NCBI GenBank assembly: GCA_028826165.1 | Contig: JAPDFW010000122.1 | Location: forward strand, 1-64,000 | Direction: 5' to 3' | From: Anaeramoeba ignava BMAN | Taxonomy: Eukaryota > Protista > Anaeramoebae | DNA length: 64,000 bases | Shown: piece by piece, positions 49,801-60,027 of the stretch | Layout of the letters: each line of letters starts with the position of its first letter | Numbering within the stretch: the first letter of the stretch is position 1 | Translations under genes and position numbers: made by a program | Notes under the pieces: generated by a model | The model's database searches: none | Seen by the model: only the letters and a program-made list of their open reading frames with translations | What the model was told of the DNA's origin: nothing

Positions 49801-50927
49801 AAACAAATTTTATTTTAAATTCAAATTATATTTTAAATCCAATTTATATTTTAAATTCAAATTATATTTTAAATTCAAATTATATTTTAAATTCAAATTA
49901 TATTTTAAATTTAAAACAAATTAAATTTAAAACAAATTTAAAACAAATTCAATTAAATTTTTAAATAAAAAATCATATTTTAAATTTAAATTATATTTTT
50001 AAATTTTATATTTTAAATTCAAATTATATTTTAAATTCAAAAATTTTTTTATTTTAAATTTAAATTATATTTTAAATTCAAATTATATTTTTAAATTATA
50101 TTTTAATTTTTAAATTAAATTTTAAAATTCAAATTATATTTTAAATTTAAATTATTATTTTAAATTCAAATTATATTTTAAATTCAAATTATATTTTAAA
50201 TTCAAATTATATTTTAAATTCAAATTATATTTTTTAAATTCAAAATTAAATTATATTTTAAATTCAAATTATATTTTTTTAAATTTAAATTAATTTTAAT
50301 TTTAAAATTATATTTTAAATTCAAATTATATTTTAAATTCAAATTATATTTTAAATTCAATTTATATTTTAAATTCTAATTATATTTTATTTCAAATTTT
50401 ATTTTAAATTCAAATTATATTTTAATTTTAAATTTTATTTTAAATTCAAATTATATTTTAAATTAAAATTAAATTTTAAATTCAAATTATATTTTAAATT
50501 AAAATTATATTTTAAATTCAAATTATATTTTAAATTCAAATTATATTTTAAATTCAAATTATATTTTAAATTCAAATTATATTTTAAATTTAAATTATAT
50601 TTTAAATTCAAATTATATTTTAAATTTAAATTATATTTTAAATTTAAATTATATTTTAAATTCAAATTATATTTAAATTTTGTTTCTGTATAGAATTTAT
50701 CAAAAGTTTATAGAGCAATTTCAAAAAATCCTCTTTGTGCTAAAATTTATTCAAGTTGTATGAAGAATGAAAATTATAAAGAAGGCTTTTTATTTCTTGA
50801 ATCTTTATTAGAAGATGCTGATCCAAAATCAAAAAAAGGATCAATAATAAAAACATTAAAATCTACTTTTCATATTAAAAGAAAAACACAATCAAATACT
50901 AATCCAACATTATTAGAAAAAAATTAA
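43834..50927 (+). CDS. Large multi-exon protein, tentatively similar to Dictyostelium Sca1-complex scaffold ScaA
   Basis: More than 10 GT-AG exons join in frame. A motif P..P.(Y/F)...Y..A...W occurs twice (LPKFPNIPDYKTFSDYEQAVLSWK; PSPPSAFHFSSYE-EYEKAYKRWAK), followed by a helical C-terminal half. The ScaA similarity is from memory only. Confidence 0.5.
44423..45199 (+). repeat. 777-nt intron of (TTTCAAAATGAATTTTAATTTCAA)-type repeats
   Basis: CAA|gtaaat...aatag|AGT keeps the frame; the same unit recurs in the intron near 46477-46597. Confidence 0.85.
47212..47751 (+). repeat. 540-nt intron of (TTTAAATTATTA/TTGAAATTATTA)n
   Basis: AAG|gttttt...ttaag|GTTGCT joins IHTK-VAQFISE; the KLLF read-through in the ORF track is an artefact. 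Confidence 0.85.
49453..50693 (+). repeat. 1241-nt intron with two successive minisatellites, (TTTAAAACAAA)n then (TTTTAAATTCAAATTATA)n
   Basis: ATT|gtaaat...gtatag|AATTTA joins KRLI-NLSKVYRAI. Confidence 0.85.
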
Positions 50928-51134
50928 ATGAAAGGAATTTATTTTTTTTAAAGAAAATTTGAATTTTAAAAGAAGAAAAAAAGATTAAAAAAAAAAGAAA
51001 AAAAAAATTTTTTTTTGATTTTTCATTTTTTCATTTTTTTTCTTTTTCTTTCAATTAAATTACTTGTAAAATTTTTTATTTATTTTTTTATAATTTAATT
51101 TTTTAATTTTTTAATTTAAAATTTAAAAAGAAAA

Positions 51135-54100
51135 ATGGACAAATTGAAAGAATTAATTGCACCTCATATAGAAAGTTACAATTATGCAATATCAAAACTA
51201 AATGAAGCAATATTAGATCTAAGACCAGGAGAAATTCAAACAGATCCGAAATCACCATCATTTCTATTTTGGATTCGCAACATTTCAATACAAAAACCAC
51301 AACGGCAAGACGGTTCAATCCAAGAAAAAAAAGTATTACTTTATCCATCAGAATGCCGAAGACGCGGAATAAGTTACAGCGGAACATTAACCGCGGAAAT
51401 TGTACTGCAAATCACTGGGGATTTAGGGTTTTATCGCACAGTAACATGCGAATTGGGAAAAATGCCAGTTATGGTTCTTTCAAAACTTTGTAATTTATAT
51501 GGATTAACGGAAGAGCAACTTGTGGAGAAAAAAGAAGAACCGTTTGAAATGGGAGGCTATTTTATATCCAACGGATTGGAGAAAGTTTTCCGAATGATCA
51601 TCCAATCAAGAAAGCATTATATATTTACACTCAAAAGACCCAAATTTACAACAAAGGGTCCTTATTACACACAATTTGCGACTTTCATTCGTTGCTCAAG
51701 ATCCGACGAGTCTTCCCAACAGGTCTATCTGCACTATCTTTCAAACGGGGTTCTGATGATTCGCATTATTATACAGAAGCAAGAGTTCTTGATTCCTGCA
51801 ATTCTTATACTGAAATGTTTTGTTGAGACAAGTGATAAAGAAATATATGACAGAATAACAGAGTTTTTCCCAAACAACAGCTTTATTGCTGAACGTGTGG
51901 AGGTTTTACTCCGCGACTTCCAGAATTACCATCTCAGAAACAAGTCGGAATGCTTGCAATATATCGGGTCACGATTCAGACCCCTTCTGTTTTCACCTAT
52001 GAGTTATACAAATACAAAATGCGGCGAGGAATTTATTCGTCGGTTTATTTTCGTTCATTTGAACAACTTCACTCAAAGAGATAAAAACATTAATTTATCA
52101 ACAAACATTGTTATTGACAACACAAAGACAAACATCTACGCAGCAGAAAGCCAAATGCAAGACCAGAACGACAGTCCAGATGAAGACGAAGCTATTCTCC
52201 AAGAAGGAGAGGAAATTTCGATAAATATAAATTCGGATTCCAATCGCGCAAAATTCGATCTGATGATTACAATGATCCACAAATTATACTCACTTGTTTT
52301 GGGGGAAATTGGCCAAGATAATTCAGATTCCCCAAGTTTCCAAGAGGTTCTTCTTCCTGGACATTTATATCTTACCTTTTTCAAACAGAAATTACAGGAA
52401 TGGATTTTCCAGCAAGTGAATGTGATGAAAAAAATGGCTGGAATCCAAACCTCCTCTTTAAAATACAAACGGAGGAAACAAAAAAAGGAACTTAGTGAGG
52501 AAGAAAAGCGAAGAGAAAGCCAAATTCGCAAACTAAATCCTGATTATTTGGGAAAATCAACATTTTATGACGCAAATTTCTTTCTCAAATGTCTTAAAAA
52601 AAACTCGTTTGATATCGGAAAGAAATTCGATTTCCTCATTGCAACAGGAAATGCAGATTTGATTGATAACGCAGGTTTGCCCCAACAAGCAGGTCTTTCT
52701 ATCATTGCAGAAAAAATTAATTTTTTGAGATATGTTTCTCATTTTCGAAGTATTCATCGTGGGAGCTTTTTTTCAACAATGAAAACAACAAAGATCAGAA
52801 GATTATTGCCTGAGTATTGGGGATTTATCTGCGTTGATCCTGATACAAATGTTCTTTTAGCAGATTCCAAACAGCAAATCAAAATTAAGCATTTGCAAAA
52901 CAAGGTGAACAATGACAATTTCCAAATTGCAACAATAAATCGCAAATCTTTTTTGGAATCTGCCTCGAAAATTAAAAACTTTTTTGTTCATCGTGTTGAT
53001 AGATTGTTTCATATAACAACAATAACTGGGCATTCAATCAAAATTACAGGATATCATCCTCTTTTAGTTTTATCAAATCAAAATTCAAATTCAAATTCAA
53101 ATTTCATTTATATTTATGGAGATAAATTGAAAGTTGGGAATTTTGTTTGGATTAGGCATATTTACCAAAATTATGAGAAACAAAAAGAAGAGCAAAACAA
53201 AGAGCAAATGATATTATCAGACCAAATTTATAAAGATCGTCTTTCTCATTTACAAAATGAATCACAAATAGATTTTCTTTTAAATCAATTTTGTGCTCAT
53301 GATTTGTTACCTTTTACAAATTCTAATCAAAAAATACTTGATATGGCAAGATTTTCTGCAATTTTTTATACAATTGGCTTTTTGAAATGGAATAAAACTC
53401 TCAATTTAATTCAAGCAAAAATAACCGTAGATGACATAAATGATAAACAAGAACTTATTCAAGAGTTGCAATCAAATCCGCTCATCTCCAATTTACAGAT
53501 TAAGAAAAAAGATGGATTTATTTGCAAATTTCAAGGAATTTTACCATATTTTCTATATTCTCTCGGAATACCCTTAAGAGATGAAACTCCAAATAAAATA
53601 TTTCCAAATTGGCTTTTTAAATGCAAAAAATTAATTCAAAAGGAATTTTTAGCATCTTATTTAGGAACATTGAATATCAATTCCAAAAATATTTTGACAG
53701 ATTTTCAAAAAGGAAATGAAAAATATTTAAAAATTAATACTCCAAAATTATTTCCAAAAAAGAATAACAGCATTTTCCAAAATCAAATGAGAAAATTATT
53801 GCAAAATTTAAACCTTGAATTAACAAACCATTATTCAAAAAGCAATAAATTAGAGTATGAAATCAAACAATCTCTATCAAATATGGATATTTTATTCAAT
53901 CAAATTGGTGTTTATTATAATAATTCTGAAACAAAACAATTCTGTTTATTGGGAGAATTTATTCGTTATATTAATCACAATTTTATCAAGAATAGCAAAA
54001 AAACAAAAGCAGAATGGGAAGACAGAAGCATTATTAAATTGGCAAAACAAGCATTTTCTTTGAAAAAATTCAGAGAAACATTCAAACAAAAAGATCAACT

Positions 54101-57100
54101 GATTGCCATACCTATTGAAAAAATTGAAATTTTGGAAAAGAAAAGAGCGATAGTAATGGATATTGAAACAAGCAATGGAAATCACACTTTTATAACAAAC
54201 GGGTTTGTATCTCACAATTGCCCTGTTCACACTCCAGATGGCGCACCTTGTGGATTATTAAATCATCTTTCATCTACATGCGAAGTTGTGAATTATCAAA
54301 GTGATTTATCAACCATTCCAAAAGTGATTTCCAGATTTGAAGGATTTGTTTCCATTTATCCTTATATTGTGAAAAAGAAAATCATTACATATCCAATAAT
54401 GCTTGATGGATGCTTGATTGGAAGAGTAATTGGAGGAAAACTAGTGGAAACCGAAAATCAAACAAATCGGAAAAAGAGCTCAAGCAGAATTGAGTATGAT
54501 AATCAATACATTTTGAAAATTGCGGATCAATTAAGAATGCTTAAAGTATCAAAGAAAAACGGAATACCTGAAAATCTCGAGATTGTTCCGATTGAAAAAC
54601 AAACAGGATCCCTTTTCCCAGGAATTTATCTCTTTACAAGACCAGCAAGAATGATGCGACCAGTGATAAATTTACTTACAAAAACGATAGAGAAAATTGG
54701 CACATTTGAGCAAACATACCTGAACATTGCATTGAATGTAGACGATATAAAGCTTGGAATATCAACACATATGGAAATCAAACCAACAAATATTCTTAGT
54801 ATTGTTGCCAATTTAACACCCTTTTCCGATTTCAATCAGAGCCCGCGAAATATGTATCAGTGCCAAATGGCAAAACAAACAATGGGGTTTCCTGGCTTTT
54901 CAATTCCATATCGAAGCGATAATAAATTGTACAGACTTCACACTTTGCAAAAACCAATTGTGCAAACAAAGTCGCAAAAATATTTTGGAATCGATGAATA
55001 CCCACTTGGTGCAAATGCAATTGTTGCCGTTATTTCCTACACTGGATATGATATGGAGGATGCCATGATTATCAATAAGGGTTCTTATGAACGGGGATTT
55101 GGACACGGCACTGTTTACAAAAATACAAGAGTTGTATTATCAAAAGAGCAATCCAAATACAAGTCATCCAGCTATTTCACCAATCATACCGAAGAGGAAC
55201 CAGATGTTCCAATCGAACCCAATCTAGATCTTGATGGATTGCCGACTGTGGGAACTGTTTTGAAAGAGGGAATGGCAATGATGAGATATTACAATCCAGA
55301 GACAGGCAAAAGCAATGTTCTTAAATACAAAAACACAGAAGTTGCAATTGTTGATGGAGTCGCTGCTTTCTCATCAGACCAAACAGACAGATTAGATGGC
55401 GCTCTTCTTCGTTTGAGATACAAAAGAAATCCTGTGATTGGTGATAAGTTTTGTTTGACTGAAGATCACGAAGTTCTCACTCAATCTGGCTGGAAATTTA
55501 TCAGTGATTTGAAAATTAACGAAAAAATCGCAACTTTAGTTGATATGAAATATCTTCAATATTCTCCTGTTTTGGCTCTTTATCAATACCAAAACGACTC
55601 AAATCTTTTCTCTGTTTCAAATGATTTTCTCGATTTGGTTTGCACTTGGGAACACAAGTTATTTGTCAAAAACAGCTCAAAATCAGGATATTCTTTGCAA
55701 AAGGCAAGTGAAGTCAAGTCTCTTGGTTTATGTTGGTATAAAAAGAATTGTTCGAATCAATTTCCCGAAAGAAAAGTTTTTGATTTGTCGTTGATTTCAA
55801 ATTTGAATCATAACGATTTAGATGAGAATAATAAGGATAAAGTTTCTCATATCGTTGAAATGAATACCTGGATTTTATTTTTTGGGGTTTATATTCGTTT
55901 ATTGATTTCTGATCGATTGCAAAAGGATGAAACCAAAAAAACGATCATTTTCAAAATGGAAGATTTTCAAGAATCAGGAAATGGAGCAAAAATCATTTCA
56001 CTTTGCAAACAACTTGGATTTTCTTATCAACAAACAAAGGAGTCAATTTCTGTGTTTAGTGAATTATTATTTAAGCAACTTGAGGATGTATCACTTTCAA
56101 AACTTCCCAAATGGTGTTTTGAATTGAGTGAAAATCAATCACGATTACTTCTTATAACGATTTTGGATTGCGAAGAGCAAATGAAAGAAACTGAAGATAT
56201 TGAGCGAGGATATTCAGATAAAATGGAAGCTGATCATATACAGAGATTATGTTTGCATTCAGGATTGAGTTGCGATATTATAGGAATGAAAATGCGGATC
56301 AATCAAAAAGAAGAATCGCAAGAACCAAAATATGAAAAAAAGGAGAATGAAGAATTTTATCACGAGGGGAAAGTGTATTGTCCCGAAGTATCAAGTGGGA
56401 TTTTCTTTGTGAGAAGAAATGGGAAGGTTATGTGGACTGGAAACAGCTCAAGACATGGACAAAAAGGAGTTTTGTCTTGGCTTTGGCCTGAAATGGAGAT
56501 GCCTTTTTCTGAATCTGGATTGCGACCTGATATTATTATTAATCCTCATGCTTTTCCTTCAAGAATGACGATAGGAATGCTTATTGAAAGTATGGCAGGA
56601 AAGGTTGGTTCTGTTTATGGAGAATATCAAGATGCAACACCTTTTAATTTTGATGAAGAAAATCGAGCAGTAGATTATTTTGGGAAGAAGTTACTTGAAG
56701 CTGGATATAATTATTATGGGAATGAAGTTCTTTACAGGTATTTTTATGAAAATATTCAAATCAAATTAAATGAAAAAATATTTAAATTGAAAATATTCAA
56801 ATTAAATGAAAAAATATTTAAAAATATTTAAATTGAAAATAGTGGCGTAAATGGAAATGAACTTCATGCAGACATCTTTTTCGGTGTAGTTTATTACCAA
56901 AGATTAAAACATATGGTTGGTGATAAATTTCAAGTTAGATCAACAGGAAGAGTAAACATGTTAACAAGACAACCATTAAAAGGAAGAAAAGTAGGAGGAG
57001 GAATAAGATTTGGAGAAATGGAAAGAGATTCATTACTTGCTCATGGAACACCATTTTTACTTCAAGACCGTTTACTTAATTCTTCAGATATTCATATTAC

Positions 57101-57296
57101 TTTTATTTGTCGTAAATGTGGAAGTGTTTTATCTCCTCTTTTTGTTAGAGGTGATAGTGTTGAAGAAAAATCTATTAAATGCTTAACTTGTGATTCTAAA
57201 CAATATATTGAAAAAGTTCAAATTCCTTATGTTTTCCGTTTCTTAACTTCTGAACTTGCTGCAATGAATATTAAATTGACTCTTGAACTTAAATAA
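51135..57296 (+). CDS. RPA2: RNA polymerase I second-largest subunit (RPA2/Rpa135) precursor with two inteins and one intron (56738..56842)
   Basis: Pol I-type motifs PHIESYN, YPSECR, AEKINFLRYVSHFRSIHRG, LLPEYWGFI/CPVHTPDGAPCGLLNHL, SDFNQSPRNMYQCQM, GDKF/SSRHGQKG, NPHAFPSRMTIGM, YYQRLKHMVGDKFQVRSTG and PYVFRFLTSELAAMNI. The intron AG|gtattt...aatag|T restores LYSGVNG. The precursor is 2018 aa, or 1224 aa after removing both inteins. Confidence 0.96.
52830..54218 (+). mobile_element. Intein 1 in RPA2 (463 aa) with degenerate LAGLIDADG homing-endonuclease domain
   Basis: In-frame insert between WGFI and CPVHTPDG. Block A CVDPDTNVLLAD; block B ITTITGHSIKITGYHPLL (TxxH); block F IVMDIETSNGNHTFITNG; block G VSHN|C. 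Endonuclease-like remnants MARFSAIFYTIG, IQKEFLASYLG and FNQIGVYYN. Confidence 0.95.
55452..56444 (+). mobile_element. Intein 2 in RPA2 (331 aa) with degenerate endonuclease remnant and GN C-terminus
   Basis: In-frame insert between IGDKF and SSRHGQKG. Block A CLTEDHEVLTQSGWKFI; block B LDLVCTWEHKLFV; block F GKVYCPEVSSGIFFVRRNG; end WTGN|S. Remnants MNTWILFFGVYI, KLPKWCFELSENQSRLLL and ADHIQRLCLHSG. Confidence 0.95.
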
Positions 57297-57428
57297 TTCA
57301 ATTTTAAACAAAAAACAAAAACAAAAAACAAAAACAACAATAACAATAAAAATAATAATAGATCTTATATTGATTTAATTTTAATTGAATTTGAATTGAA
57401 TTTGAATTGAATTTAATTTGAATTTTAA

Positions 57429-58904
57429 TTATTTTTCTGTATAAACAATCCCATTTCCAAATTGTTCAAAATTAGGCTCAATTTTTGAAGGAGAACAACC
57501 AAAATGAAATGAAGTTTCTGATGTTCTTTCTCTAACTAAAGGTGGAAAAAAAACTCCATCTCTATACAATTCTAAATTTCTTCCACACAATCGACAAGAA
57601 GTTCCATATAAATTCTTATAAGATAAAACCCATTTCAATAAAGAAAGTAAAATAGATTCATTCCCTTCTAGTTTTAAATTTCTTAAAACAGATCTTGCAT
57701 GTCGAGTTAGTTCTTGAAATATTAATGTTTCTGAAAGTGGATATAAATTTTTTGGAATAATAACATATTTTGGATCTCCTTCAATCGGTTGAAACCATTT
57801 TTTCATAATTCTTTCCCCTTCATCAACACTCAATACATTGATGTCTTGGATTCTAATAATTGAATTTCTGTATTCCAATATTTTCATTGTTTTGAATTTA
57901 TGCTTTTTTCTTTTTTTCTCGTTTTTTATGTTTTTCCCATTTTTTTGACTCGATTCTTGATTTGATTCTTGATTTAATTCATTTTCTTCCATTTCAATAT
58001 TTTCTTCATTCGAATTCATTGAATTATTTGAATTGTTTGAATTGTTTGAATTGTTTGAATTGTTTGAATTATTTTCATCATTATTTTCAATATCCATCAC
58101 TTGGTTTTCTTGCGAATTTTCCTCTTTATTAACAACTATTTTTTCATCCACATTTTCCTTTTTGATAAATTGCTTTAATTGGAACTCTTCTTTTGGCTTT
58201 TCAAACCAGAAAAAAATAGTCATAATGTCTCCCAACATAACATATAAACCTTTAAGAAATAACTGATTTTTCAAATAATCAAACTGGAAAATCTTGACGA
58301 TATTTGCCTGAAGAATTGCCTCAGCAATTTTGCAAGAAGAAATCATTTTCTCAAAGATGTGAATAATTTGGTCAATTTTAGCAGTTGTATCTGTTGTCAT
58401 TTTTAATAAGATTTTTTCTTTGCTAAATTTTTGATCCAAATGTTGTTCGTCTGTTTTTTCCTCGACATCTTCTTCTTTAATAATCTCTTGCTGGATAAAT
58501 TGCTGGTTTGTTTTCTCGCCAAGTATTTTTTCTTCCTCTCCAAGAAACGGGAACACTTGAGAGAGTCTATCGTTGAACTGAGAAAGTGTCAAGTCGCAAA
58601 GAATTCGAACAAATTTCTGTTTTTCTCCAACTCGAAATTTTGATGAATCGAGACTGCCGTGCTCCTTCTGCTTTTCTTTCTTGTTTTCCTGGATCTCCTT
58701 CGCAAATTTTTCTAGTTTTTGCAGCGACCATTGCAATTTCGTTATTGATGATACAATTGATTTTTGATAACTCTCGTTTGTTTGTCTTTGAACGCAATCT
58801 GACCGTGAAAGATCAATGAAAATATCGTGTACATGCGTTCTTGTTATGTCAATCATCTTTAACATCTCAATAAATCTTGCAGCTTCTGGATTAATTTCTC
58901 CCAT
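57429..58904 (-). CDS. MED27: Mediator subunit 27-like protein
   Basis: C-terminal IFQELTRHARSVL...LLKWVLSYKNLYGTSCRLCGR...FPPLVR...SFHFGC matches the Med27 Zn-binding C-terminus (W..SY..L...C..C...PP..R...H..C). Single exon. Confidence 0.72.
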   Translation of the reverse strand: MGEINPEAARFIEMLKMIDITRTHVHDIFIDLSRSDCVQRQTNESYQKSIVSSITKLQWSLQKLEKFAKEIQENKKEKQKEHGSLDSSKFRVGEKQKFVRILCDLTLSQFNDRLSQVFPFLGEEEKILGEKTNQQFIQQEIIKEEDVEEKTDEQHLDQKFSKEKILLKMTTDTTAKIDQIIHIFEKMISSCKIAEAILQANIVKIFQFDYLKNQLFLKGLYVMLGDIMTIFFWFEKPKEEFQLKQFIKKENVDEKIVVNKEENSQENQVMDIENNDENNSNNSNNSNNSNNSNNSMNSNEENIEMEENELNQESNQESSQKNGKNIKNEKKRKKHKFKTMKILEYRNSIIRIQDINVLSVDEGERIMKKWFQPIEGDPKYVIIPKNLYPLSETLIFQELTRHARSVLRNLKLEGNESILLSLLKWVLSYKNLYGTSCRLCGRNLELYRDGVFFPPLVRERTSETSFHFGCSPSKIEPNFEQFGNGIVYTEK

Positions 58905-58969
58905 TATTTTATTTAAGAAAAAAAAAATTTGAAATGAAAAAAAATGATTTTTTAAAAATTAATAAAAAA

Positions 58970-59625
58970 TTAAAATTTAATTTAGAATCAATTTAAAAAA
59001 TAATTTATTATTTAATTTTATTATTAAAATAATAATTTATTAATTTAGATTTAAATATTTTCTTATTTCAAAATATTAAACATATAAATATAAAGAATAA
59101 GAATAAAATTCATTTAATATTTAATTTAGAATCAATTTAAAAAATAATTTAATATTTAATTTTATTACTAAATTAATAATTTTTTAATTTAGATTTAAAT
59201 ATTTTCTTATTCCAAAATATTAATCAATGAAATATAAAAAATAAATAATCAAAAATATCAATTTAAGCAATGAAAATATTAATTTAGTTTAAAAAGAAAT
59301 TCAATTTAAATTATTATTAAATATTATTCAAATTCAATTTTTTCTTTTATTAAAATATTTTATTAATTTTATTAAATTATTGGGAATTGCTTTATATTAT
59401 TTTAAATAAAGAAATATTAATAAAATATATAAAATAGGATTAATTCTAAATTTAACTATTTAATATTCTTTATTTCATTTTTGAAATAAATTAATTAAAA
59501 TATTTCATTAATTTTATTAAATTATTGGGAATTATTTTATATTATTTTAAATAAAGAAATATTAATAAAATATATAAAATAAAATGAATTGTAAATTTAA
59601 CTATTTAATATTCTTTATTCCATTT
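58970..59625. repeat. Two pairs of imperfect ~100-130 bp direct repeats in the AT-rich intergenic region
   Basis: tttaatttagaatcaatttaaaaaataattta... at ~58976 and ~59120; ttaattttattaaattattgggaatt...taaatttaactatttaatattctttatt at ~59363 and ~59508. Confidence 0.7.
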
Positions 59626-60027
59626 TTTATTTTTTTTCATTTTTTTCTTTTCAAAATTTAAAATTAAGTAAATATTTTTTTATTATTTAATTTAACAAAA
59701 ATAAAAATCAAATTTAATAATAAATAATAATATAAATATAAAATATAGATGAAATAAAAACAAAATAATTGCTAATTACTTATTAATTTATTATTATTTA
59801 AATAAACAAAAAAAAAGAGGAAAAATAAATTTTCAAATTTTATTTAAATAAAAAATTATTAATAAAAATTTAAATTTAAATTTAATTCCAAATAAAAATG
59901 AAAAGGAAATTATTTTTATTATTGATTTATTATTATTTCTCAAATATTTATTTTATTTATTCCAACAAAAAAACTAATTTTCCTTTTTTTTTCCTTTTCA
60001 AAAATAAAATTAAAATAAAAAGAAAAA

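Noticed and set aside
41982-50665. Hydrophobic or repetitive ORFs (IVFIIVLI, KLKFIL, NFNFKM, KLLF, NLKY)
   Set aside because: They fall within GT-AG introns whose removal restores the host reading frame.
52070-52245. Third intein in RPA2 (acidic insert NFTQRDK...NSDSN)
   Set aside because: Only ~55 aa with no block A, B, F or G motifs; it is a lineage-specific loop.
56913-57296. Separate 127-aa gene, or a split RPA2
   Set aside because: A 105-nt GT-AG intron (56738-56842) joins it in frame to the upstream ORF.
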